A stretch of DNA of 35,958 bases from Pedosphaera sp. (GTDB lineage: Bacteria > Verrucomicrobiota > Verrucomicrobiia > Limisphaerales > SIAT01), in NCBI GenBank assembly GCA_009691645.1, contig SIAT01000001.1, positions 1 to 35,958 of the forward strand. Reading direction: 5' to 3'. This document shows positions 16,643-26,400 of this stretch, piece after piece; position 1 is the first letter of the stretch; each line of letters begins with the position of its first letter. The translations under genes and the position numbers were made by a program. The notes beneath the pieces were generated by a model. It was not told where the DNA came from, did no database searches, and saw only the letters and a list, made by a program, of their open reading frames with translations.

Positions 16643-17707
16643 ATGAACAAGACCGTCAAAGCCGCCATCGTCGGCGCCTCGGGTTACTCTGGCGAGGAAC
16701 TCGTGCGCCTGCTGCTTCACCACCCGCACGCCGAACTGGTCGCCGTTACTTCGCGCCAGCAGGCCGGGCAGACCGTCGCGCAGATCTTCCCCAAGTTCGC
16801 CAGCCATCCGCGCGCCAAGACGTTGCGGTTCGTGGAACCGAATGCTGAACTGCTCGCCAAGCAGTCGCAGGTTGTTTTCCTCGCCCTGCCGCACGGTGTG
16901 GCCGCTGAATTCGCTATCCCGCTGCTTCAACTCGGCTGTCAGGTCATCGATCTCAGCGCCGATTTCCGGCTGCGCAGCGCGGCGACCTACAAGGAATTCT
17001 ACGCGCACGATCATCCCGCGCCCGAGTTGCTGGCGACAGCCGTGTATGGTTTGCCGGAGATTTATCGAAATGAAATCAAAACCGCGACGCTCATCGCCTC
17101 GCCCGGTTGTTATCCCACCAGCATCCTGTTGCCGACGATTCCCCTGCTGCGCGCGGGGATCATCAAGCCGCACGGCATCATCGCCGATTCGATGAGCGGC
17201 GTGAGCGGCGCCGGGCGCAAAGCCGATCTCGATTATCTCTTCGTGGAGTGCAACGAAAGCGTGCGCCCGTACGGCGTGCCGAAGCACCGGCATCTTTCGG
17301 AGATCGAACAGGAACTGTCCAAGGCCGCCGGCTCCGAGGTCACGCTCCAGTTCACGCCGCATCTCATCCCGGTGAACCGCGGCATCCTCACGACGCTTTA
17401 TCTCGCGCCGGCAAAACACTTCGCCAACGCCGCCGAGATGGAGGCGCTCGGGAAACAGATCACCGCCTGTTATCAGGCCGCCTACGGCGACGAGCCGTTC
17501 GTGCGGTTGCTCGATGGAAAGGCTTTGCCTGACACGAAGAATGTGGTGGGGACGAACTGCATCGAAATCGCGTGGCGGCTCGATCCCCGCACCGGCCGCC
17601 TCATCGTGATGAGCGCCGAGGACAACATCGTGAAGGGCGCCAGCGGCCAGGCGGTGCAGAGCTTCAACATCCTCTGCGGTTTCCCCGAGACCGCCGGCTT
17701 GATTTAG
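16643..17707 (+). CDS. argC: N-acetyl-gamma-glutamyl-phosphate reductase
   Basis: VGASGYSGEELVRLL Rossmann start, the active-site ASPGCYPTS motif, and a C-terminal DNIVKGASGQAVQSFN. Confidence 0.93.
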   Translation: MNKTVKAAIVGASGYSGEELVRLLLHHPHAELVAVTSRQQAGQTVAQIFPKFASHPRAKTLRFVEPNAELLAKQSQVVFLALPHGVAAEFAIPLLQLGCQVIDLSADFRLRSAATYKEFYAHDHPAPELLATAVYGLPEIYRNEIKTATLIASPGCYPTSILLPTIPLLRAGIIKPHGIIADSMSGVSGAGRKADLDYLFVECNESVRPYGVPKHRHLSEIEQELSKAAGSEVTLQFTPHLIPVNRGILTTLYLAPAKHFANAAEMEALGKQITACYQAAYGDEPFVRLLDGKALPDTKNVVGTNCIEIAWRLDPRTGRLIVMSAEDNIVKGASGQAVQSFNILCGFPETAGLI

Positions 17708-17786
17708 ACCGCGACCAGAAACGGGCTTGGCAGGCGCGCTCCGTGAGCTATCATCTGATCATCGTCAAACTCACCGTACACACATC

Positions 17787-18740
17787 ATGAAACATTCCCT
17801 CACCTTCCTGCTGGCCATCACACTGTTCGCACTCGGCTCCACGTCCGATGCCGCGCCGATCAAAGTCCTCATCATTGATGGCCAGAACAACCACAACTGG
17901 AAAGCCATGACGCCTTTCATGAAGGTGCAACTGGAGAAGACCGGCCGCTTCACGGTGGACGTCTCGACCACGCCGCCTGCCACACCGGGTGCGCCGAAGA
18001 GTTTGAACCCGGAACAAAAGGCCAAAGCCAATCAGTCCGGCGCGGAGTTGAAGAAACAGTTCGCTGCGCAATGGGACATGTGGCGGCCGGACTTCGCCAA
18101 GTACGACGTCATCGTCAGCAATTACAACGGACAAGACTGGCCGTTGCCGGTGAAGACGGCGTTCGAGAACCACATGAAGAACGGCGGCCGGTTCGTCTGC
18201 GTCCATGCTGCGGACAACTCGTTCCCCAATTGGCCGGAGTACAATCAAATGATCGGGCTCGGCGGTTGGGGCGGACGCACCGAGAAAAGCGGCCCGTACG
18301 TGTACTTCGATGCCGCCGGCAAGGAAGTGCGCGATACCAAGCCGGGCAGCGGCGGCAGCCACGGCGCGCAGCACGAGTTCATCATCGAGTTGCGCAACGC
18401 GACGCATCCCATCACACAAGGGATGCCGGCCAAGTGGAAGCACGCGCAGGATGAGCTGTACGATTCATTGCGTGGGCCGGGCGAAAACATGGAGATCCTC
18501 GCCACCACGTGGTGCGAAAAAACCAAACGCCACGAGCCGATGATGATGGTTATCAAACACGGCAAAGGGCTCGTGTTCCACACGCCGATGGGCCACGAGA
18601 ACGGGAAGGCGCTTCAATGCGTCGGCTTCATCACCACGATCAACCGCGCCTGCGAATGGCTCGCTACCGGCAAAGTGACCTTCCCCATCCCTGACAATTT
18701 CCCCGGCGCGGAAAAGTCCAGCGTGGTGACGCAAAACTGA
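17787..18740 (+). CDS. secreted ThuA-domain protein
   Basis: Signal peptide MKHSLTFLLAITLFALGSTSDA, then IKVLIIDGQNNHNWKAMTPFMKVQLEKTGRFTVDV and HTPMGH, typical of PVC ThuA-like proteins. ATG at 17787 is chosen over 17727. Confidence 0.72.
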   Translation: MKHSLTFLLAITLFALGSTSDAAPIKVLIIDGQNNHNWKAMTPFMKVQLEKTGRFTVDVSTTPPATPGAPKSLNPEQKAKANQSGAELKKQFAAQWDMWRPDFAKYDVIVSNYNGQDWPLPVKTAFENHMKNGGRFVCVHAADNSFPNWPEYNQMIGLGGWGGRTEKSGPYVYFDAAGKEVRDTKPGSGGSHGAQHEFIIELRNATHPITQGMPAKWKHAQDELYDSLRGPGENMEILATTWCEKTKRHEPMMMVIKHGKGLVFHTPMGHENGKALQCVGFITTINRACEWLATGKVTFPIPDNFPGAEKSSVVTQN

Positions 18741-18867
18741 TCACACGCCGGCGACCGCGTAACAACTCGTGGCCACCGAAATCTTCTGCCGTTCCGTCGC
18801 TGTGAATTCCGTGGAAAGCCAAGCGAAACCCGCTTGCAATCGACCGAAGCGCGGCCAGAGTGGTCTC

Positions 18868-21216
18868 GTGCTTCGCTATCGAGGAATAATCTGGCTGTCC
18901 GCACTCGCCGCGTTCGTTGCGGCACCGCTCGCGGCTCAGCCCGTACTGGATGCCACGGGCCCGCGCCCCGGCCATTCTACCCACGGAGACGCTTTCAACG
19001 AAGGCCCACGCCAGCGCGCCTACCTGATGTCCGGGGTCGGCCACGTCGAGTTCCCCATCACGACGACCGCCTCCGGGGCGCAGGCGTTCTTCAATCAAGG
19101 CGTCGCCCAGCTCCACGGCTTCTGGTATTTCGAGGCCGAACGTTCCTTTCGCCAAGTCGCCGCGCTCGATGCACAGAGCGCGATGGCGCACTGGGGCTTG
19201 GCGATGGCGAACATCAACAACACCCGGCGCGCCAAGGAATTCATCAAGAAAGCGGTCGCCCTCAAGCCCGCCGCCAGTCCGCGCGAGCGACTCTGGATTG
19301 ACGCCCTCGCCGCGCTGTACTCCGATGAACTCAAGGACGCCAAAGCCCGCCAGAAAGCGCACATCGACCAACTCACCGCCATCAGCGAGAAGTTCCCCGA
19401 CGACATCGAGGCCAAAGCGTTTCTCGCTCTGAAAATCTGGATGGATGGCGAGAAAATCTCGCCGTCGCGCCCGTACACCGAGGTCGAAAAAATTCTCAAG
19501 CCGCTCCTCGCCGCGCATCCCGAACATCCCGCGCACCATTACCGCGTCCATCTTTGGGATTATCGTGATGCCAAGCAGGCCGTGGAAAATGCCGCTGCGT
19601 GCGGCCCCGCCGCCGACGGCATCGCCCACATGTGGCACATGCCCGGCCACGTCTACTCACGCCTGCACCGCTACGCCGACGCCGCGTGGCAGCAGGAAGC
19701 TTCGGCCCGCGTGGATCACGCCCACACGATGCGCGACCGCGTGTTGCCGGATCAGATTCACAATTACGCCCACAACAACGAATGGCTCACGCGCGACCTC
19801 AGCCACGTCGGCCGCGTGCGAGACGCCATCGCGCTGGCGAAAAACATGATCGAGTTGCCGCGCATCCCGCAGATTTCCAAAGGCACCAACGCCACCGGTT
19901 CCTACTCCGTTTCCAAGACCAGCAGCCACGCCTACGGCCGCACTCATCTGCTCGCCTTGTTGAACAACTACGAGCTGTGGAACGAACTGATCGCGCTCGC
20001 GCAGACCCCTTATCTCGCGCCCGCAGCGAAGGACACCGAAGATCAGGTCAAGATCGCCAAGTCGCTCGCCAAAGCTTACTTCAGCCTCGGCCGCACCAAC
20101 GAAGGCCAGCAGCAGCTCGCTCTGCTTGAAAAAACTCTCGCCCTCGAACGCGCCAAGCAATTGCCCAAGCCCGCCCCCGCCCCCGCCACGAACGCTCCTG
20201 TCAACGCCCCCCCCAAGACCGCGACGAAATCCCCCTCGCCCACCAACCGCCAGCAGCAACTCGAATCCGCCAGCGCCGAGGCACGCACCTACGCCGCTCT
20301 CGCCGCTGGCAACACCACCAACGCGCTCGCGCATCTCGCCAAAGCCAAGGATTTGTCCAAAGACGAACTCGCCCGACTCCATCTCGCGCTCGGCGACAAA
20401 ACCAAAGCCGAGCAACTCGCTCTCGAAGCGGTGAAGAGTGCGACCAACCAGATCCGGCACCTCGCCACTTACATTCATATCCTTCAGCAGAGCGGCAAAA
20501 CGCAACCGGCCCGCGATGCCTTCCAAAAACTTCGCGAGCAAGCCGCCCACGCCGATCTCGATCTGCCACTGCTCGCGCGCCTCGCGCCGCTCGCGAAGGA
20601 TCTCGATCTCCCTGCCGATTGGCGGGCCAAGCGCATCCCCGCCGCCGATCTCGGCCCGCGCCCGCCGCTCGATTCCCTCGGTCCCTTCCGCTGGCAGCCG
20701 AGTCCCGCGCCCGAATGGTCGTTGCCCGACAGCAAAGGCCGCACCCTCTCGCTCGCCCAGTTCCGCGGCCGGCCGATCGTTCTCCTTTTCTACCTCGGCG
20801 CCGGCTGCCCGCACTGCGTCGAGCAGCTCAATATTTTCGCGCCGGCCAACGCTGACTTCGCGAAGCTCGGCATCACAGTCATCGGCGTGAGCACCGACAC
20901 TGCGGATGGTTTGAAAGCGACCTTCGCCAAGACCACACTCGGCAGCGCGTTCCCTTTCCCGCTCGTCTCCGATCCCTCCCTGAGCGCCTTCAAATCCTAC
21001 CGCGCCTACGACGACTTCGAGCAAATGCCACTGCACGGCACCTTCCTGATCGATGCCGAAGGCCGCGTGCGTTGGCAGGACATCAGTTACCAGCCGTTCC
21101 AGCAGGTGGATTTCCTGCTCGAAGAAGCCCAGCGTCTGCTCTCGTTGAATAAGCCGGCCGCCGTCGCGCCTCCCCTCGCCAAACCCGCTCCGCGCTTCGG
21201 CAAACCCGGCTCGTGA
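18868..21216 (+). CDS. secreted TPR-domain / thioredoxin-fold (AhpC-TSA/TlpA-like, CPHC motif) fusion protein
   Basis: Signal-like IIWLSALAAFVAAPLAAQP, a ~600-aa helical/TPR region, a Pro/Ala linker, then SLPDSKGRTLSLAQFRGRPIVLLFYLGAGCPHCVEQL...GVSTD...FPLVSD...GTFLIDAEGRVRW. GTG at 18868 is preferred; ATG at 18769 is the alternative. Confidence 0.75.
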   Translation: MLRYRGIIWLSALAAFVAAPLAAQPVLDATGPRPGHSTHGDAFNEGPRQRAYLMSGVGHVEFPITTTASGAQAFFNQGVAQLHGFWYFEAERSFRQVAALDAQSAMAHWGLAMANINNTRRAKEFIKKAVALKPAASPRERLWIDALAALYSDELKDAKARQKAHIDQLTAISEKFPDDIEAKAFLALKIWMDGEKISPSRPYTEVEKILKPLLAAHPEHPAHHYRVHLWDYRDAKQAVENAAACGPAADGIAHMWHMPGHVYSRLHRYADAAWQQEASARVDHAHTMRDRVLPDQIHNYAHNNEWLTRDLSHVGRVRDAIALAKNMIELPRIPQISKGTNATGSYSVSKTSSHAYGRTHLLALLNNYELWNELIALAQTPYLAPAAKDTEDQVKIAKSLAKAYFSLGRTNEGQQQLALLEKTLALERAKQLPKPAPAPATNAPVNAPPKTATKSPSPTNRQQQLESASAEARTYAALAAGNTTNALAHLAKAKDLSKDELARLHLALGDKTKAEQLALEAVKSATNQIRHLATYIHILQQSGKTQPARDAFQKLREQAAHADLDLPLLARLAPLAKDLDLPADWRAKRIPAADLGPRPPLDSLGPFRWQPSPAPEWSLPDSKGRTLSLAQFRGRPIVLLFYLGAGCPHCVEQLNIFAPANADFAKLGITVIGVSTDTADGLKATFAKTTLGSAFPFPLVSDPSLSAFKSYRAYDDFEQMPLHGTFLIDAEGRVRWQDISYQPFQQVDFLLEEAQRLLSLNKPAAVAPPLAKPAPRFGKPGS

Positions 21217-21297
21217 GTCGCGCGATTCTGCGCGGCATCAAATCACTCCCTCAAACTCAGACTCGACGGCCCGCGCCCTTTCGTCTTTCTTGAAGGG

Positions 21298-22275
21298 ATG
21301 CAACCACGCACCGCGCACCCCCTTTTCCTTCTCGGAATATTGCTCTCCTTCGCCAGCACTCCGGCTTCAGCCCAAACCGCCAAACCCATCCCGCTGCTGC
21401 AAGCCGTGCCGCAGCCGCACGATCAGATTTCTTTCCAGCGCGACGGTCTCGAGATCGCCCGCTACCACTTCGCGCCCACGCTTCAGCGGCCGTTCGTCTT
21501 CCCGCTCATCGGCCCCAGCGGCCGGCCCGTCACACGCATGGGCCATCCGCACGATCCCGTCGGCCACAGCCATCACAACTCCTGCTGGATCTCACACAAC
21601 GACGTGAACGGCGTCAGCTTCTGGGCCGATCGCGGCACGAACACCGGCCGAATCCTCCATCAACGCATCGAGCGACTCGAAGACAGCGACGACACCGCCG
21701 CCGTGCTCGCGCTGAATCATTGGGTTGATAAAAATGGAAAGGTGCTCCTCATCGAGCGCCGGCGCACCGCCGTGCAGCCGTTGCCCGGCGGCGAATCGCT
21801 TCTCACAATCGATTTGCAACTCGAGCCGCGCGAGAAGGAAGCCACGCTCGGCAAAACGCCCTTCGGCATCTTCGCCGTGCGCGTCACGAAAACGATGGGC
21901 ATCCACGACGGCGGCGGGAGCATCCGCAATTCCGCTGGCAACGTGGATGAACAAGGTGAGAACGGCTGCTTCTGGAAAGCGGCGAAGTGGTGCGATTACT
22001 CCGGCCCCGTCACCGCCAAAGCCACCGAAGGCGTCACCCTTCTCGATCACCCCACGAATCCGAACCATCCCAGCGTCTTTCACGTGCGCGCCGACGGCTG
22101 GATGGGATCCTCGCTCACGTTCGACGGCCCGCGCGTCATCGCCATCGGCAAACCGCTCCAACTCCGCTACGGCGTGTACATCCACGCCGGTAAACCGAGC
22201 CTCGCCGCGCTCGAGCAACGTTGGGAAACCTTCGCCAAAACCGCGCCGTTCGACTTCACTGTGAAACGGAAGTGA
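21298..22275 (+). CDS. secreted PmoA-like / DUF6807 family protein
   Basis: Signal peptide ending SAQ, then LQRPFVFPLIGPSGRPVTRMGHPHDPVGHSHHNSCWISHNDVNGVSFWAD, the conserved His-rich core of this family. Confidence 0.72.
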   Translation: MQPRTAHPLFLLGILLSFASTPASAQTAKPIPLLQAVPQPHDQISFQRDGLEIARYHFAPTLQRPFVFPLIGPSGRPVTRMGHPHDPVGHSHHNSCWISHNDVNGVSFWADRGTNTGRILHQRIERLEDSDDTAAVLALNHWVDKNGKVLLIERRRTAVQPLPGGESLLTIDLQLEPREKEATLGKTPFGIFAVRVTKTMGIHDGGGSIRNSAGNVDEQGENGCFWKAAKWCDYSGPVTAKATEGVTLLDHPTNPNHPSVFHVRADGWMGSSLTFDGPRVIAIGKPLQLRYGVYIHAGKPSLAALEQRWETFAKTAPFDFTVKRK

Positions 22276-22287
22276 CGCGCACCTAAA

Positions 22288-23451
22288 TCACTTCAGCTCG
22301 CGTACGAAGAGGTTGGCGAAGGTGATCGGCTCACCGGCGGCGCGCAGGACAATCGGCCCGCGCTTGGGCGTACCCGTGATGCGGCGCTTTTCACCGAGCA
22401 ACTTGCCGTCCTGTTCCACGGTCAGCTCATCGCCGCGCAGTGTGATTTGCAGTCGATGCCAACTGCCGGATTGCGCGCGGTCGAGCTTCACGAGGGCGGA
22501 ATCCACGCCGCGCAGGGAAATGGATCCCACGTCGCCTGGCTTCGCGGAATCGGGCTTGGCGGAGGAGAGCCAGTCCACGATCATCACGAAGTCGCCGAAC
22601 TCTTGTTCGGTCGTGAGCGGCGGTGTGCCGGCTTTGGCATCACACTCGAGCCGCCAGTCGCTCACGCGCCAGTGCTCTTTCGCAGGCGCATCGGCCCGCC
22701 AGCCAGCGAGATCCACACCGGTGTAAAGCGTGGTGAAACCCTCGGCAGCCTTCGCGATCTGGTCAGGCGATGGACTGGAGGAGGGCAGTTCCTTGATGCG
22801 GATGTTTCGGAAATGGCACTCGCTCCCCTCGCTCTCGAGGCAGAGATAGCCTTTGCGCGGAGAACTGTCCCTGCCGACCGTCACTTCCTTCCCGTTCACG
22901 CTGAGGCGCACCTCGCCGTTGTTGGCGACGACGCGATAATGATTCCACTCAGGCGCGCTTTTCGAGAGTTCTTCGGATGGAAAACTGCGCCGGCCGCTCT
23001 TGGCCACGAGGCCCGCGGGGGTCATCGTCGCGCCGTGGATGGGGAAGATGTCGCCATGCGTGGTGAACCACTCGTTCTTGCCCTTGGCGGCGTAGCCATT
23101 GTCGAGGATCTGCACCTCGATGCCGCGGGCGAAGGGCGTGCCGCGCGCCGTCATCGGATCGCCCCAGATGAAAAGGCCGGCGTTGCCGCCGCTTTTCAGA
23201 TGGCGCCACTCCAACTCGATGATGAAGTTCTCGTACATCCGTTCGGTGCGCATCACGCCGGTCGGTTTGCCGGTGGAGATGATGATCCCCTCGCGCACGG
23301 TGAAGGTGCCTGGCGCGACGTTCACCGGCACCCAACCGGAGAGGTTCTTGCCATTGAACAGCGGCACGAAGCCCTCTTCCGCGCCGCGCGCGATCAGTGC
23401 GCACGCGAATAGGACAACAAGAAGCCTGCGAATGTGCGTGGTTGTTTTCAT
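22288..23451 (-). CDS. secreted protein with two DUF1080 (3-keto-disaccharide hydrolase-like) domains
   Basis: Signal peptide, then GFVPLFNGKNLSGWVPV...FTVREGII...YENFIIELEWRH...NAGLFIW...IEVQILDNGY. A second copy follows (FTTLYTGVDLAGWRA...WRVSDWRLEC...FGDFVMIVDW). Confidence 0.8.
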   Translation of the reverse strand: MKTTTHIRRLLVVLFACALIARGAEEGFVPLFNGKNLSGWVPVNVAPGTFTVREGIIISTGKPTGVMRTERMYENFIIELEWRHLKSGGNAGLFIWGDPMTARGTPFARGIEVQILDNGYAAKGKNEWFTTHGDIFPIHGATMTPAGLVAKSGRRSFPSEELSKSAPEWNHYRVVANNGEVRLSVNGKEVTVGRDSSPRKGYLCLESEGSECHFRNIRIKELPSSSPSPDQIAKAAEGFTTLYTGVDLAGWRADAPAKEHWRVSDWRLECDAKAGTPPLTTEQEFGDFVMIVDWLSSAKPDSAKPGDVGSISLRGVDSALVKLDRAQSGSWHRLQITLRGDELTVEQDGKLLGEKRRITGTPKRGPIVLRAAGEPITFANLFVRELK

Positions 23452-23485
23452 AAAGTGACCCGACGCAAGAACCAGCTTGGCCCGC

Positions 23486-26400
23486 TTACTTCTGCGCTTC
23501 GCTCGCAGCCGTCAGCGTCGGCTTGTAGAGCGGCAGGTAGCGGTAATAGACCTCGAGCGAAAGCGTGGCGAGAGCGGTGGTGATGAAGCGGCCGTAGGTT
23601 TCCTTGCGATCGCCCTCGGCATCCCAGCTTCCCGAGAGTTGGCCGTCGCGCCGCTGCGCCTTCAGGAAGATCGGCCGCATCCGCCCGTTCCATTCCTCCC
23701 ACACCGCGCCCTGATGCTGGTAGAGCGCCAGACAGCCGTAGTACCAGTAGTAATAATTCACCTCGCGCAGGCTGGGCAACTGCTCTCGCAGATAGGCGAG
23801 CGTCTCCGTCGTGCGCACGTCGCCCGTCCCCTGCCCGAGCAGCAGCCGCGAGAACAGCGCCTGCGCCGTCATCGTCGGCTTCGGCTCCGGATCCGACGAG
23901 CGATACCCGTAAAGCCCTCCATGCCGGCCGCGACCGAGCGATTCGATAAACTTCCCCGCGCCCGTGAACGCCGAACTCGGCACTTCCACGCCCGCGAGCG
24001 ACGCGCTCTTCAGCGCCATGATTTGCCAGCCCGTCACCGAGAGATCGCCCTTCTCCTGCGGATCGCGCGCCCACGGCTTGTAACGCCAGCCGCCGGTTGT
24101 TTTGTTCTGCGCCGTGACGATGAACGAGACCGCTTTGCGCACCGGCTCTTGCAGCCGTGGATCTTTCGTGAGGTTGAACGCCTCGGCCAACGCCATCGTG
24201 ACGATCGCCTGATCGTACAAATCGCCGTCGCCGCGCAAATCGCCCTCCGCCTTCGACTGCTTCAAAAGCCACGACATCGCGCGCTCAAGCGTCTCTTGAT
24301 ACGGCCCCGGTTCGGTGTGCTTCGCGCCGTAGCCCATGAAGCAGAGCATCGCCAGCGCCGTCGCCGACGAGTGATGCCCCTGCCCGCCGCGCGTCCAATG
24401 GCCGTCGCGCTCCTGCGTGCGCTTGAACCATTCCAATGCCCGCCGCACCGCCGCCTCCGTCTCATCGTTGCCGCCGAGTTGCTCGAGCAATCCCGCGCGC
24501 ATCTCCGGCGAGCGCAGCGCGAGCGGGTTCTTCGTGTCGATCAAAGACGAGACCGCCGGACGCACCGGCACGGCCATATCCATCAACCGCGTCGCCGCAG
24601 AAGTCGGCAGCTCCGACGGACGCGATAGTTCAACGCTCTCGATCTTGGTTGACGGCTGCAACACCGGCCGCAGCGGTGCCAGATCCATCGGCGCACGCGC
24701 AATCAGTCCCATCGGCCGTTCCACTTTCGTCACAATCGGCGCGGCCTTCATCGGTGTGATGGGCGACGCCAGTCGCACTTCGGGGAGAGGCGCGGGCTTC
24801 GGTGACGCGGCCACCATCGCGGGCTTTGTCTCCAGCTTTACATCCGTGCTGCCGAACTTGAGCGACGCAGGTTGTTGGCCAAAATTCATCGCGACCAAAC
24901 CGCGACCAGACTCACCTGTGCCGGAACCGAACTCCGCCTTCTGCGCCGCGGCGAAAGAACCGAACTTGCTCGCGCCGCCACTACTGCTCCCCGACCCACT
25001 CAACCGGGCCGGCCCGCTGCCCGTGCCGCCTTCACCGCCGCCCGAACCGCTCGCACGGCTCACGGCCGCTTTGCTCGAGGCGCGTCCCACATCCGAACCT
25101 TTACCCGCTGAGCCTGGTGCTGGAGATGCCATCTCCGCACGGAAACCGCCGCCGGCCATCGCAAATTGAGGTAATCCCGCCACCGCGCGTGAAGCTCCCG
25201 CCGCGCCCAAACTCTCGCCACCACCCGAACCCCCACCGGTCGCCGGACCGAACGCACCCACCGCCGATGAACCCGTGCCGCGACCTGCGCCGTTCTTGCC
25301 GCCAGTCCCCACGCCGTCACCCATCGCCGCGCGACCCGGCGCAGCCGAACCGCCATTGCCATTTTCCGAACCATTGCCCGACCGCGACACATCCATCCGA
25401 CTGGATGCACCCGCCAGACCCGCGCCCGATCGCGCGCCCGCTGCGCCACCACCGAGTCGACCTGCTTCCATCTGCATCCCGCCACCGGCACTACCACCAG
25501 CAGCGCCACTGCTCCCAGCGAGCGAAGAAAGTGATCCCGCAGAACTCGCCGCGCCCAAGCCACCACTCGAACCGCCGCCGGCACTCACCGGCCCGAACGA
25601 ACCGACCGCCGAAGAACCGCTGCCCTGTCCCGCGCCGGAACGGCCACCAGCCAGCGCGCCGTTGCCCATCGCCGCGCGGCCCGGTGCAGTTGCACTGCCG
25701 CCCGAGCCATTGCCCGACGGTGACACGTCCATCCGACTCGATGCACTCGCCAAACCCGCGCCCGACTTCGCGCCCGTCGCGCCGCCGCCGAGCCGGCCTG
25801 CTTCCATCTGCATACCACCGCCAGCGCGACCGCCAACAGAGCCGCTGCCCGTGGACGAAGAAAGTGAACTGGCGGAACTCGACGCGCTCAATCCTTCGCC
25901 CGCACCGCCGCTGTTACCGTTGCTCACGGGACCAAATGAACCGACCGCTGAAGAACCACGCGCGGTCCCTGCTGTGCCGCCAGCGAGAGCGCCACTGCCC
26001 ATCTGCGCACGGCTCGACGAGGCCGAACCGCTCGCGCCCGCGCTGCCGGCGGCGCGCGCGACATCCATCTGGCTGGAAGCACTAGCCATTCCCGCACCCG
26101 ATTTCGCGCCCGTCGCGCCACCACCGAGCCGGCCTGCTTCCATTTGCATCGCGCTCGTCGTCGCGCCGCTGGGATTTTCACCGGCCGTTGCCGCCATCGA
26201 TCCGGCTGCGCTCGCTGCGCCCAAACTTTCGCTGCGCGCCGCGTTGTCACTCACCGGCCCGAACGAACCGACGGCAGAACCCGCCGCACTGCGCGAGGTA
26301 CTCACACGCGCGGGCGAGTTCGCCGCGTTCATCTCGGCGCGGGCGGACGTTGCGGCATCGGCTGCGCCGCGCGCGGTGTCCATCCGGCTGGATGGATTTT

